Positions 23,062 through 38,900 are shown, numbered from the stretch's first letter. The stretch: 64,000 nt of DNA from Owenia fusiformis (GCA_903813345.2 CAIIXF020000001.1:12400001-12464000), one strand, 5' to 3'. Numbers and translations: made by a program. The notes: generated by a model from the letters alone, not told the origin.

Positions 23062-26046
23062 TATTAATATGCTTATATTTATTATTAAGTACTCGTATCA
23101 TATATGATGATGTAATATTTTGTTCAAAGGTAATTACTTCCCTAAATATGAGTGAGAACCAGTTTTTACATTTCTAAAACTGCCTTATAATCTCTCTGAG
23201 GCGTCAAGAGATTAAACTGAGTACAACTTATGGTTCTTTATCCACCAATTAAAGAAAATAGAAGGAATGTGGAGTTTAAAATTTTCGGATGCAACCTTAC
23301 CAAAAAATCATGTCATCGTTTTCCTTACAATCCTTAATTTTTCTTTCTGAAAAAAGAATTGAGATATTTAATCAAATATAATTACAGATAGTGTTTATTG
23401 AAGATTTAAGATGCAAAAATGTCCAAAATTAGAAGATCCTTTAAATCATGAAACAAGGAAATTGTTTGGAGCTGAAGTACAGTTATACCATGTAATTTAT
23501 CAAAAAACTTGATATTATTTTAGAACTAATAACTCAGAGAAAGAGAAAAATATTTTTGTTAATTCATTCCATTTTGATGTTAAATTTTGCGTTCATATTT
23601 TTAGTTTCTTTTGAATGTTGTAACATGTGAACGTTTTTGATATATTGTCATTATAATGCTTCCAAGTTTTTTTGCAAAGCTGCTAATCATGTACAAATTG
23701 CTAGTTTCGTTTTGAGTAAGCAAAATTGTACATTCACAAGGAAATAAACAATTGTGTATTCGACGCTATGAATGTTATTATTGTGGTAGAACACAGTAAT
23801 TTGATATGATATATAATTATATGTACAGCATATAAATGTACATATATTTATATCATACAGCATATGTTTATGTAATATGTATATGAAATATGATACATTT
23901 TAGAAAGGATGCCATAATTGTTCATACATGTGTATTTATATGTAGTAACATGACTCACCAGTATTCATTTATGATCGTTAAGAGTAAGAGGGTCTGTCAC
24001 ATGAGTGTGTTTTATGACTACAAGGTTCTATCATGTCAATATATGAGGGTCTTTAATATCAAGAACAGTAAGTGTCTGTTATGATCATAAGGGGACTATC
24101 AATTAAAGAGTGCATGTACATCTGTATTAATACACATGCCACCTTTGTTTTTAATATTTTTTATTTCAGAAATGTGAATGTTTATTTGCTGTGTATATTG
24201 CAAGGAGTTTAAACCAATAGTTGTACATAGATTCGAGATAACAGATATATGAGACTCTTTTTATGACACCACCTCAAGTTGTGAAATATTGTTATAGTCT
24301 CCAACATTTTTTGGATGGTGTTTGGTCTCTGGCATTTGGCATCTGAAAAAAGGCAGGTGGTGACATTTTGTATGTTGATGCCATTTATTACAGTGTGTTT
24401 CATTTTGGATGTAAATGATTCTCAGTTGTTTTATGATATTTACTAAAACATTCAAGTTGATATAATGGAAGATTGATGATCTGTATATTTAGTATTGATA
24501 TTTAAAATCTCAAACAGTGATCTTAAAGCTATGTGTGATATACAGTCTAAGTCTAAAGCACAGCCAAAGAAAATGGCAGATGAAGTATTACTGGTTCATA
24601 TTTTGTCTTAAATTGTATGTCAGACTGTGAACATAAAGCTGTGTATTATTCAGCACAGGTAAGTTGTTAAACATGTGGAAAATATTATATTTATTGAGTT
24701 CCATTTCTATTGTCGTCATGACAAGTGGTGAATGGTGTTCAGTAGATGCTGTTCAGTGTCTGATGTGGAGTGGTCAGCATTTGGCATCTGCAACAAATGG
24801 CAGGTTATGACATTTTCCATGTTGATGCCTTGTAGTTCATTATACTTGTCACTGGTGCTGCACTCTTACAGTAGTGACATCTTTATGAGAAGCAAAACTG
24901 AATCCTCGCTTCGTTGATAGGATGTTTTGTATATTTATTGTTTTGTTTACAGCAATTGTATTGTACATATTTAAGGGGGAGGGGGGTAGACACATAGTTT
25001 GGAATTAATTATTTCATGTAAAAATACACCTTACTACAATTTAAACAATAAAGTGACTCTCCTCCAATTTATTTATGTACAGTACCTGTATTTGGAATTG
25101 ATACCTACATGAAGAATCTCTTAATTATGACCAGATAGGACTACATGTACCAGGTATATGGCTTCTTGCCTTCATTTGTATACATATATCATGTATATAT
25201 GTACTTTACTCATCCATATATTCATCATTTTAAATTAATATATATTCAATATACTCATAAATATAAGCTAAATGCAACATAAAACTGAATTTGTACATGA
25301 TAGAATTTTATTCATCTCCCTCACACTAATACTTAATATATACAAGTTGTATTGTATCATGCACTAAGAAAAATAGTTTACATCATTTATAACTGTACAG
25401 TATATAACATTGCATATTTTTAGTGATCTATGAATATGAATGTGGCATAAAATATTTTCATCTCCAGAGAGAGAGATCTTACACATTCATATTCTAAATA
25501 TATAAAATATGTGGATTACAATTAAATGATTTGCATGTTTGACAAAATAAAAGTTCAAAAGAAAAAAGCAATACTATTGAAGACTAAAATATCCATACAT
25601 TTTAAAAACCTTTTTAAGGTTGACTTTTGAAGCTTAGCTTCCTTGCTTTTGAAGTTACAGAAATTGCATATTATATTAAAGTTACGTAACCTGCATTGTC
25701 CTTGTACACTATCATGAGATTTCATTACATCACCGGTAAAGCTTTTAATATGATAGTGTTTTTATTTCACATACTCTGGAACACTATCATGTTGTTACTG
25801 ACCAGATCTTCTAAGGGGAGCCATCAAATCTCCCAACTAAATATATATGTGGTTGCGAGGTTTTCTAACTCAAATGAGTGTTTAGCATTCCATTGATGTA
25901 CAATCAATATTTAATGTGTTTCAAGCTTTCCATTGATATATCAACAGCTTCTAAATGGGTTTCAAGCTTTCAAATGGTATACTACTCTTTTTGAGTTGAC
26001 ACTTTTAGGATTATGACTACAAGTTTTAGCTCATGCAAAAAAGCTT

Positions 26047-26478
26047 AGGCCATAAGAAGTAGATTCTTTGTTTTGCGTCCCCTTGCTTGCACGATTTTGA
26101 GTAAATCAGAAAAAACAAACACATTCATAGCAATCACAAGGATCTGAATCAGACGTCAATCAGAATCAGACGAAATGGCAGATAATTTGATGTGCATCAA
26201 AATTGACAGTGGTATTAATAAGTTTGGCATACATAGTGTATTTTCTTATTTTTTACCCTTGAATAATAGCTATGTTTAAATATATTATATAAATGTATAG
26301 ATATGTGTTTGTTATCACTACAAATTGGTATGTCATCCCTTTTTATGCCCATAAAATGTATACAATTCTCAGCAAACAAGTTTGTGTTTTTTCTTGAGTT
26401 TGTGTTTGTTTTCCTTGTACCCTTGTATGATTTTGATTTTGCCAGGACGCAAAACAAAGAATCTACTTCTTATGGCCT
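26047..26478. mobile_element. MITE with perfect 34-bp TIRs, Kolobok-like
   Basis: aggccataagaagtagattctttgttttgcgtcc (26047-26080) and its exact reverse complement (26445-26478). Flanks ctta/ttaa resemble a TTAA target. Confidence 0.85.
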
Positions 26479-26928
26479 TAACTGTTCCTTACCATGGTTG
26501 GCATTTAGGCATTGGAGTTACCTGTTTGAGTAGCATTCCATTGGGGTAGACTTATCCTTTCATGCCCTCAAATTAGTCCTACCTGTGTTATAAGTATATA
26601 CTAATACATATTATATGCATTGCACTAATGTAATGAGTATGTATCAACTAATGGTATTGGCTCTTCATTTTGTTACCATGGCAACTAAAATCAAAATGTT
26701 GTAATAGATTGTTGTCCATTGTGTTTGGTATTGAAAAATCATATGATATTGTGCAATAGTTCTCTGAAGGGTGATTATCATATATATAATAACCATCATT
26801 CTCTTGTGGTTCCATCATTGTGCGCAATGTGAATGAACTTCCGATTCCAATAGTATCAACTGATCACGATTACTTATATAGATGCGAGCTAATGAATTTG
26901 GTATTTAATTAACAAACAATAAATGTGT

Positions 26929-29900
26929 TTAGTTCATCATAAGCTCTTCTTTACATATGTGATCCTTGCAAGCCTGACAGAGTTCTTTGTCATGTTGGTT
27001 TCTTGGTTTTCCAGTCCGTCGGTCAACACGCAGAGGAGGTCTGTCAAACCCATAATACACCTGGCCTATCCTGTTGTACACATTACCCAGAACCTACAAA
27101 TTAACTTTTTGATTTAACATGTAATAACAATTGAGGGTAAGGATGGTGAACAATTGACACATCAAGTGTGTTATTCTTTTCGGTCTTTTTATTCAAGGCT
27201 CTCGCCACTACACGCACCTATTGGAGCACATGTACATACACTGTAAACTTGATGCAATAACCTGGTTAATTGGACAAGTTCGAATGTTTTTCTCTGGTTT
27301 TCAGATGTTTCCCTTTGTGTCCTCTGATCAAAGACAGGAAATGAGTAAGTAAAGGGTGATCCAAAAATACTTTAACATTTTTTACTCATTTCTCATGTAA
27401 ATAATTCTTTGGAAGCAAACACAAATTGCTTCCAATTTGGGAAGCATAATATTCTTATTTTTTATGTGTTCTTTTTTAGTGTTATCTGAAGATTTTGCTT
27501 ATTTTGGACCACCCTTTGCATTTGCGTTAAAGTTACCCTGCGCACAGAGTCTAGTTATAAGATGAAGCTCTCTTTTAAGAAGCTAGGTTGAATGGATACA
27601 AAGGGTATTAAGTATTGTTTTACCTTTATAACCTCTTCTGGGTACCACATGGCATGTTCATAGCTTCCATTTTGACATCTCCTACACTGCTGACCATAGA
27701 GCTTGAACATCACCCACCCGTGGCTTGGACTGTATGGCGATGTATACATATTGTACCAGAACACAACTCGACCTTTCATTGATGTCCATCCATGTCCGCA
27801 TTGCTACAACAAAATGGAGGTCCATAAAATGAAAGTATTTTCATGTGATGATGACCTCATCAAGTTACCTCATCAAAAAACCAAGGTTTCCACGGAGCAA
27901 TAGATTGATGAATTAAGTATATGGATGTACATGAACTTTGGTCATCAAAACTGTACATTGACTGATCGTGCATGAAGCCACCCCACCCCCACCCTCTTTT
28001 GCTATAGTCAAGTATATTGAAAGCAGGGAGGTAAATCAATGCAAGGGAGACATTGAATGTGAATCTGGAGCCTTGAATTAGGCAAATGTATTAATTCACA
28101 TGCTTTTACAAAAAGGCATTAGAAAATGAAATGTTGCATTAAATATATGAAATGCACTCAAACATATGAATTTAATAAACATAGGTAACATATTATATAT
28201 AAGCATGATTCCTGAATAATAAATATTAACTAACATGCAATGGTTCTCCCAAGTGATTAGAATTGTCATTCTTCCCTACCATGCAATTTTGATATTTTTA
28301 TAATAAGGGGATGTTACATGTTGTATTGAGCAAATGTAACTTTATACCCCATAACTTCCGATTTTGAACAACTGAGATAAAGCTTCATTTTCATACTTTC
28401 CTATTGATCATAAGATGTATATGGACAGGGTATAGATATTCACTAAAGAGATTCAGTGGTCAGGTTACCCTAATCCATAGAGAATGTTCTCCGTTACAAT
28501 ACCCAAATAATGTTGATGTTTCATTTCTGTGGCCCAGAGACACCATCATTAGACAAGTTTTTTCAGGTAGTGAAAGTAACAACATTTTCGTCTTGAGTAG
28601 ATGTTAATGTATGGGAAGAGGACTAGCTATTTATGAAGATGGATTAGAGAACTATGTTTTGTGAAGATGAGGTAGCCAATACCAATACCAATATTAAGTA
28701 TTTTGAAGGTTGGATATATGATTAGATATTACGAAAGTGGGGTAGGGGACTCGGTATTATGGAGGTGGGGTTGAAGACTAGGTAAAAGATGGGGTAGAGG
28801 TAGATAACTAGGTATTATAAAGGGGGGGGGGGCTAGATATTATGTAGGTGAGGTAAATGACTAGGTACATTTGAAGGTGGTGTAGAGGACTGTATTTTAA
28901 AGTGGGGTAGAGGACTAGGTAGAAGGAGGGGTAAAAGCCCGGGGGTAAAAGAATAGCTACTATGAAGGTAGGTGACTAGGTATTATGTAGGTGGGATAGA
29001 AGACTATGTATTATCATGGGCATTCAATAGAGGGGGGTAGATGACTAGGTATTATGTAGGTGGGATAGAAGACTATGTATTATCATGGGCATTCAATAGA
29101 GGGGGGTAGATGACTAGGTATTATGTAGGTGGGATAGAAGACTATGTATTATCATGGGCATTCAATAGAGGGGGGTAGATGACTAGGTATTATGTAGGTG
29201 GGATAGAAGACTATGTATTATCATGGGCATTCAATAGAGGGGGGTAGAGGACTAGGTATTATGTAGGTGGGATAGAAGACTATGTATTATCATGGGCATT
29301 CAATAGAGGGGGGTAGATGACTAGGTATTATGTAGGTGGGATAGAAGACTATGTATTATCATGGGCATTCAATAGAGGGGGGTAGAGGACTAGGTATTAT
29401 GTAGGTGGGATAGAAGACTATGTATTATCATGGGCATTCAATAGAGGGGGGTAGAGGACTAGGTATTATGTAGGTGGGATAGAAGACTATGTATTATCAT
29501 GGGCATTCAATAGAGGGGGGTAGATGACTAGGTATTATGTAGGTGGGATAGAAGACTATGTATTATCATGGGCATTCAATAGAGGGGGGTAGATGACTAG
29601 GTATTATGTAGGTGGGATAGAAGACTATGTATTATCATGGGCATTCAATAGAGGGGGGTAGAGGACTAGGTATTATGAAGTTGTGGTAGAGGATTAAGTA
29701 GAAGGTGATGCAGAGGTAGAATATGTATAGTGAAGATGAAGTAAGAGAGCTATGAGGAGCTAAGTGAAGTGGACGACTAGTACACGGTGTAAAGGACTTG
29801 GTAATTTGAAGGTGAGACGAGGGGCAATATATTATGAAGGTACACATAGGGTGTTTGTGAAATTATAAAGATGGGTAGGATTTTGAGGTGTTAATCAGGG

Positions 29901-32900
29901 TTAGCCTTGAAGTTTGGATAAAGGTAAAGGTGCAGAATGAAATATGCTAGATGACATACCTGACATGAGAACCTGACTTTGGCACTGTCTTTGAATGTTC
30001 TACAGTTCTCTTGTGGGCTGGGTGCTATGAAGGTGGGGTATAGGTCCCAACGGTGAGGAGAATACTGATTAAAAAGCTTGTTGAATTCGCCATGCCATAC
30101 AATCTCCATCCTGAAAACAACATACCATTAATTAAAGAAGTACATTGTAAAATGATATTAATGCGTCTCTTGTAATAAACACTTGGTGGATGACCACAGA
30201 TTATTCGATTAAAAATATTTGTAATCTATACTTATTACTGGTACGCTATGATAAATCTAGTTTTTATGTCATTACTAGAAGTGATGCCATTGTTAAAGTG
30301 TCATCCTATTTTGTAGATAGTGTTCTGTGGTTGGTGTAATGCATGCCTTACTTGTATGTTGCAGTTCTTTTCAATTACTGAGTTTAAATTGATGATAGTT
30401 GTGCTCATTTATATTTTGGTTGAATCCTGTATTTTTAATAGTCTTGCCTCAAGACCCTGCACCCCCCCCCCTCCCCCTATCTTCTTTTCAGAATGTGTTG
30501 GAGAAGCACTCGTGAAGCATGGACTTCAAATGACTAGAAGTCCATGCTTGAAGCAAGACAATGTTTTTAAGTATTGAACTATATGCTTTATCTGTCATGG
30601 ATTGTGTTTCTGGAATATTCTACAGTAGTCAAAGGGAGGGGTGAATTTTTCTGGAGATTTTTTTAATAAATCATCTAAAAATTATAATAATTGTTCAGAG
30701 GAAATGTCTATGTTAGACAAATGACTAGTTTTCGAATCGGAACGATGTTGAAGTTCTGGAGGAATTATCTATATTGTATGGAGAGAAGGGGTTCGTATTT
30801 CCGGTTCTTATATCATCTTCTGAAAATTATAAAGGAGAGTTGAACACTGAACTAAGAGGAAGGACACCGGCATTGTTGAGATATATCTTTTTCTGGCTTT
30901 CTAAAACTCTTGAAGATGTAATGAAAAATACAAAAAGAATCTTTGGCTTTAGTTTAGTTGTAATGGGTTTTACTTTTGTTGTCTCCTGTTATGTTGTTCA
31001 TCTGTTATATTGTTACATTAATCAGCTTTTTATTAGCATTTAGTTCAATAGGCTAAGATGGCATATCCAGTGTTGGATTTCGATGTAATTGTTGTGTTAT
31101 ATCGTATTGAATTCTTTAGTATATACATGTAGCATCTATCATCGAAGTGATGAGGAGCGTGGCTGTAACGTGACGACGCCTTAATTAAATAAATAAATGA
31201 CTGTTGCAAAAAGACAAAACATTTAAATGTCCACAGTAGTGTATATGACGAATATTGCAAACAACATTATTTTAAAACAGCAGTATACATAAATGTTTTA
31301 TTGTATTTACACAGACTACAATTGAATTGACAACAGGACGAGCATTTGAATTCCTGAATGTATCCCTATTGTTTCATTTCGTGTTTAATCAGCAGGTAGA
31401 TTGAATGTCTGAGTGTCAGTTACTCATGTTTATAGTTTGTAGTCAGGTATGATGATCTATGGAGTTAATTAATTTCTACATGTACTGTATACATCCCTCC
31501 ACGTGTTCAACAATTACATTGATTTTCATGTATTATTTCGTTTTGATTAATTTGAGGTGAAGTTAGTGGTGACTTCTCTTATTTTTAGGTTTATGGGTTG
31601 AATTTGATACAAATGGATTTAATGTTAAATATGCCACGCCCTAGTCATATATTCCGTTCTCTGTGCTCAATGTTGTTCCCATTTTCTCAAAAGTCCAACA
31701 ACGATTTTTGAAATATTTCATAAAAATCTCTTGATTTTAAGAGTCATTGGTAATAGTTCTAAAACTTTACTTTTTCAATAACGTTAAATATGGACACTTC
31801 TTGATCTTAAATTTCTAGTTATTCCTATTTTGATCAGTTATCTCAAATCCTTTTAGTATTTTGGGGATTGCAAGAAGCACTTTATCGTACAAGTATATTC
31901 AGAAAATTGCTACAAGCAAGTGACAAATTATTTTTTCCTTTGCTGCCACATAAAGCATGCTGAGTGAAGAGGGAGACTCACAAATCTTGAGAAAATGTTT
32001 TTGGACTGAATATGTTTTTTCTGAAAGAATACTCAGAGCCAAACTTACGAGCCCAAAATTTTCCTTTAAAATGAGTATGTTTCGTAAAAGTAAAGCCACG
32101 AGTCTCTAATTCGAACTCAGATGTTTTAAAAAATTGGGTAATCTTCGAAAACTATTGAAACGTTCATGATTTTCAGATTATGGCAAATTCATCGACATGG
32201 GGCATATGATTTCATTTGAGTCAATTTTGCTTGCTCGCTCTGATATATTATGACCACCGTCTATGGGTTTAAAAATTAGAGGCAAGCAACGATTTCAATT
32301 GACCACAATCCTACCGAAAAGAATGCACTTTCTAAACCATAAATAAAATATGTAAATCGTACCATTTTGTCTCCATTGATTTAGAATACCTTTCCAAAGC
32401 ATATCAATGTCGAAATCCGAATCGTATCAAATAATTTTCTTCATGATGCACAGTGAAAAACATATTCTAGTAGCCGATAGCCTGTTTTCTCAAGTTAGAC
32501 GATCTTATTGGAGGATACAATGATGAGCGGAATTAGTCTTCCTGGTTTCCAAGTTAAGATGATAGTTTCTAATTTACACATATTAGTTGCAGTTTCGATG
32601 TTGGTTGCTCCGGAATTTCGTAAAAAAGGAGAGTACGGAGAATTTTTTTCTGGCTCGTCTAACGAACATTTAAATTCATTAGTACATATATGTACATGTA
32701 CATATACATGTAGTTTGATAATAGTCTACAGTTAAGGAATACCGAAGATTTTGTCCTACTATGTGTATCTGTTAATGATCAACAGTGTAGCGTAGCAAAA
32801 TGTATCTTAACAAAATGGCGACTTTTCAAAAACTTACCAACGTTCGCTGTATAACAAAATTTCTTGAGTGTTTGGATCCAAAAAGGCTGCACTTGCCATA

Positions 32901-35900
32901 ATTTGTTATAATTCCAAGATTTGTTGAAATATACAGATTTACATCCTTTGTGGAAGATTGTCAGCCTTGTTATATCGACATAAAATGCCTTTATGAGCAC
33001 TTTTTCAGATTTGAATTTGTAGGCTATATTTCGTATTAAATGCAAATATAATTGATATGCTCTCTAATATGTTCTTCGATCATGACATAAGATCTGCGAA
33101 TATTCCAAAACATTCTAGGAATTGTTTATATATGAGTACCTTATAGTTTAGTTTCACAAATGGCGGATGCTATTTAGTTCAAATCCAAAAACCAGAATTT
33201 CTCTCAGTTTCGATGAGTCGGTAACTGCATATTATCTCTTAAGTGACGCAAAATATCCTAAAATTATAGTATGTACTTAAAATAGTGAGTCTGCCCCGAG
33301 TGTCCCGATCATTTCCTTAAATCCTTCAATCAAGCAGTCAATCGTTGTATTATATTAGGTACGTACCGGTTGGTAACTTTACTTTAAATTCTATGAATTT
33401 TAAAAAAAGTTTATAGAATCTCTCCCTTATAATAACCGAAATACCAAATAAAGAATGTTTAAAGTTCAATAGCTGGTGTGTTATCAAATTCATTTTTCTT
33501 GGAATATAACAATTATTGATTTTAAGGTCAATCTGTTCAAGAAAATATGTTTTTATATCAATATAAACACTGATAACAGGTTCATCTAGTTCTTCTACCA
33601 CCCCACTGATTGCGAATATATGAATATAATAGAACCATATTGCAAATATAAGTCTATACTTATGTAAAATAATCATATAATAGTTTATTTTTAATTAAAA
33701 GTAGTTTTAATATAAGAATATAAGTAAGTCACACACGTTTTTCAAAAACAACACGTCATTTCAGAAGTAATTTCTCCACTTCTCACGAGAGGGCCTCTAG
33801 CCTGTGATTTAGAAATAAAACCTGTGGGTAACAATCAGTTCTAAACCAATACATTTCAATTATAAATTCCGATTTTGTAATAATTATACGAGCTTTAAAA
33901 TCAATGTATTTATATATGTTGATACCATGATAATATGGAGTGCTATTTCATATTATTATTAAATTATTGTAATAATATTGTGCTTAGAACACTTATGATA
34001 TGAGGGTATGAGATGTGACTGATGGTGGTAGTATCATTGCTTGCCAACTCCATGGAGCCATGTGGCAGGAGTAGATGGCCAAACTTTTTTCCAATTTTTG
34101 CAATGCAAATTATGGCTGCTAATCTTTTGAGAATTCAGTCTTTTCATGGGCTTTCTCTAATTGAAAGCCCATGGTCTTTTTGATGATTTGTAGACCCCAA
34201 GAAGTAAGTAAAACGGTGCTTATCACTATGTACACACATAATATGTGATTTCAGTTATAATGAATCAGAATGTTGACAAACAAATGGAGGGGTGGGATAC
34301 TGTGGATGTTTGGTCAGTGCTATTTGTTATACGATTGTCTTTCTCAGAACAAAACTACGATATGAACATATTACAACTGACACATGCATGTGATACGATT
34401 AGATGAAGGAGTGGGCTATATCAGATAAAATGGAAATATTTTTAAAAATGGCATAGAGTGGGCTATAGTGGAGATTATAGAGATAATGAGAATAATTTGA
34501 AATTAGTACAGAGTGGACTAAATCAGGTAAAGCCAGAGATTAGACGAGGATAATAATTTGGAATAATTTTAAATACAAAGTGGGCCAGGTTTTAGGAAAT
34601 GATTTGATATTACAATAGAGTGGGCTAGAACAGAAAATATTGACATTTGTACAGAGTGGTCTAGATTAGAGATGAATAGAATACTTTAACATGAGTACAG
34701 AGTAGGCTGAATCAGGGATGAAGAGATTAATTAAAAATAAGTAGTACAGAGTGGGCTACTGAGATCAAAGATAGTGAGAATTTATCATGAGCACGGACTA
34801 GACCGAACTAAATTAGAGATAACAAGAGAATAATTTAGCATAACAGAATGGACTAAAAAGAGAGAAGAATAATAGTACAATAACGTCATTTCTAAGGGCA
34901 ATATAGTGAAATATTGGACCGAGGGCCGAAGGCCCAAGGTCCAATATTTCACTATATTGCTCGCAGAAATGACGTTATTAGTATTATTACCACCGTTAAC
35001 GACCAGGGCTGAAATAGCAAGAAAATCTTACGCACTGAACGATATCTAATTTCCCGGGGAAAAATTGCCGGTCCAGAATATATTCTAGAACGGTCCATAT
35101 GGACCACCACTATGACGTCACACATTTCTCAGGTCGATATAGTAAAATGAACCACTTCTAAACTAGCACTAAAACCCCTAGAACTGGCCCGGCAAGGTGG
35201 TAATAATACCGAATAACTGAATGGGCTAAATCAGATTTGAACATAATAATTCAATTATAAGTACAGAGTGGGCTACATAAGCGATAAAGAGAATTATTAC
35301 CACCTTGCCGGGCCAGTTCTAGGGGTTTTAGTGCTAGTTTAGAAGGCTTGGCAAAGGTGCTCAAACTTTGGCCAAAGGTGTTTAAAAGTTGGCCAAAGGT
35401 GTTCAAAATTTGGACAAAAGTGTTCAGATTTGGACTTAGGTGTCCAACATTTTGAAGTCACTCATATTAGGTGGTCCCAAGTTGACAGCCCTGGTACTAT
35501 TGTTGCTAGATGAAGAGAATTATTCCCGTATTACATATTTCTCATGGGTTCTCAATTGCAGCTTCTACGAGTATACAACTGCATACCCCCACGCCGTTTT
35601 ATACAATAATAGTAATACACCTGTATATGGCATATTATATAGCAAAACATATCTGTAGACAGTTATAAATCCATCAATCCCTGGCTATTTCTGGTTACCT
35701 GATCTAGCAATTAACCAAGCCCTCATTAATTAGTTGAACAAAGCATGGGTAAATCCCTCGTGGATTTGGTCGCCAGACCTCTGTCCTGCGTCCCCTGGGA
35801 TAGCCCTTAATAAAGATTTTCTCCATTATGATTTCCCTTGCATATATTCCTCTGTGGTAGTCATAAACATGCCAAATGATCCTTCAGTCGCTTCTAGCAT

Positions 35901-38900
35901 TGCACTCCAAGTTTGCATCCATGATAAATCAGGGTTTCTAATGGGGATGTTGTGTTAGCGTTTTTACTTAATTAGCGAGGTACTCGAAGATGAGTGCGAC
36001 GTCATGTTATACACGATGTGATAGCCATTTGATTGAGACGTTCATAACATATCAAGGATAATTAGTTGCAATCCCATCAAAAATTCCCCGAAACACCAAA
36101 AAGCATTCCCAGATAATTTTTTTCTGTAATATTAATGTTTATTGCAAACTGACAACCAATGGTCTGGACATGCGCAAGGATAAACGAACATTGAGAATAA
36201 ATTGACACAGCTTTAATTCATATGAACAAAGCAAGTCTTGGCTCAACCAGGGGCAGTAAGTTCCTCTTAACAGGGGACTATAATCCATGGCTGGCCATAA
36301 TTTCTCCCACATCTATCACAACGCATGGGTAGTACAATGGAATAGAAAAAGAACACAATATCCTCACAGTGCTTTCCAAAATAAAAATGAAATACATACC
36401 CATAGTTACCAGGTACGAAAAAATACACCATCTTCATTTTATTGTTTGATATCCAATATCTTTTTTAACTTCAGAAAACGGAATTTAGAACTATTTTTAA
36501 CTTCTCTAGATACAGCCGTTATACTGTTTCTTTGCCATTTTAGTTGGGTAGCTAGGGCAAGATACAAACACAATGTTCATCTTGCTGTTGTCATTTTATG
36601 GTTGTTACCTGGCAACAGACTTCGACAGTTGCCAGGGGCAACACCGGTAAAACGTCAATCATACTCAACTAACTACCGATGACATGTAGTAGTTGTGTTG
36701 AAAGGGCATTTATGAATTGTCGATTTGCATATATAGCATTAAATAGTTTGGTTGTTCAATATTCGAAAAACATCTTCGAATTACATTTCAGTCCCCTTTC
36801 CCTAACTAGGGCCATTTTCGTTAACGCCCCAATACCCCAAAACTCACACTTTCTTTTTAAAGGAGTGGTATCGATATGGAGAACTTTTTGAACACACGTT
36901 TCTCTTAAACCAGTCATAGAAAAAATCTAAAAATTTATCACATCGTCAATTTAATGGTCATCTTTTGAATGGTAACAATATAGTTTGAAAAATATATATA
37001 TATACTTTCATCTATATTGTTTTAGAAAACACATCAAACACTTGTTTTGTTCTTGGTATCATGTTTCCAGAGTGAAATGAAACATCTTTCCGAACCTAAT
37101 TGGAACAAAACGACATAAACACAACATGTTTAGGTCTCTCAATATTGTAATTGTACAAAGGAAATTTTGGTTGATTTTAAAAAAGTATCTTGTTAATGAA
37201 ATAAAAGGTTTATCTTGATTTTTATCTATTTTGGGGGGATTTTGTTTTAATTTTTTGAATACTTTTTTAAAAAACAACCAAAAATTCCTTTGTATAACTA
37301 TAATATTGAGAGGTCTAAAAACATGTTGTATATGCTATTTTGTTCCAACAAGGTTCGGAAAGACATTTTATTTCTATTCTCAAGAATTGGTAGAAATGAG
37401 CAAAAACAATTGCACTAAAAAAACAAAAAATGTTAACAAAAACAGTTATATGAAATATTTCTAAATAGTTTTCGCATTAAATTGTTGTCAATCAGTCAAC
37501 ATTACATAAAATAGCGTGTTTTTTACAGAATGTTTTCAATGATTGGTTTAAGAGAAAAACATCGTTGAATTCAGTTCTCCATATCGATACCACTCCTTTC
37601 CTCGGAGGAGAAACAATATTTGATTTGCACTTCATTTTTTGGTCTTTTTCAATTATACAATATATATTTCTCAATCCCTGGACGACAAGATGTGGCATAT
37701 ACATATATACTTGCATATATTCATGACATTATTTAATTATAAATGTTTAGACTAGTTGGAAGGATTTGTCAAAAAGGATATTTATATTTCTAGTAGGTGT
37801 TTATCGTGCTCTGTATGATTGAACTTGAACCAATTTGACTTGCTCTTTCGACAGAATGCACTATTCATTATGGCTTATCCGACTTCCACTTTAAAATTTG
37901 TCGTTTTATGTAGAGTACTTTTGCTTTGTGGGTTTTGTACACTTGGCTGTGGTGTGTCATCTACAGTATTACCGTTCAGAGTATTTCCATTAAATTGTTG
38001 GATGGTGTTATTTGTAATGTCGTAGTTAAATTAGTCGCAAATATCTATATGTGATCTACCTATTGTTTTCTCTATATCATTACGTTTACGTTCAGACATC
38101 AGTCAATAAACTTGTCATTTGCACCGGTCAAAAGTGTTCAGTTGGCAGGTGTTCACATTACGAGGTTTTAACACGTGGTAGATTGCACTGGAAAAACGTT
38201 CACATCAAGAGGCGTTCATACTTGAGAGGTTTTCGGAGGTTAGGATACGCTGACATGATTTAGATACACCCTATTATTTACCCATTTTGAATTCACTATA
38301 GAATGCAATTACACCGTTGCTCGTAAGTTTGGAGTATTTGTCACTTCACAAAAATCAGAAGAACTATAAAAGCATTTATTTTTACTCTCGGTACGTGTAG
38401 TGCAAAAATGTAGCTCCACTATTCTTGGCATGTTTGTAAACATAAAACCTCCGAACATTGCATAGTACATTGAAACTTGAAATCGCTAGAATGCATGTAT
38501 ATAACGATAAACAAGAGCGTATACACTATTACTGTGACAAGCAATTAATCGTTTTGATTAGAAAATCTTGAGACATTGAATGCTGACCGTATAGATATAA
38601 ATCATTTATCTTTTTTATTTTATGGACAAAGTCCAACATTCTTGCCGTCCACCAATAAATATTTTGAATTCTATGGGGTAATTTCTCAAACGACATACAA
38701 AAAATTTCCGTGATACAATTTTGATAATTACGAAAGAGCATAATCAAAATGAAACCTTCAATTGAATATCAATTCTAATGTGAGTTGGCTTCTTAGGGAC
38801 TCTTTTACACCCATATTGGATTCACAATTTGTAGTTGATAAACAGTTACAATTTCTTGCGTCATTACCTCTCGGACAACAAATTTTAGTAAAATAGTTAA

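Noticed and set aside
28974-29677. Regular repeat array as a possible CRISPR array
   Set aside because: Units are identical end to end with no unique spacers, there are no cas genes, and the context is a eukaryotic intron.
36287-36682. 131-aa ORF in the long zf-3CxxC intron
   Set aside because: No domain similarity seen and no phase-consistent splice partners found.
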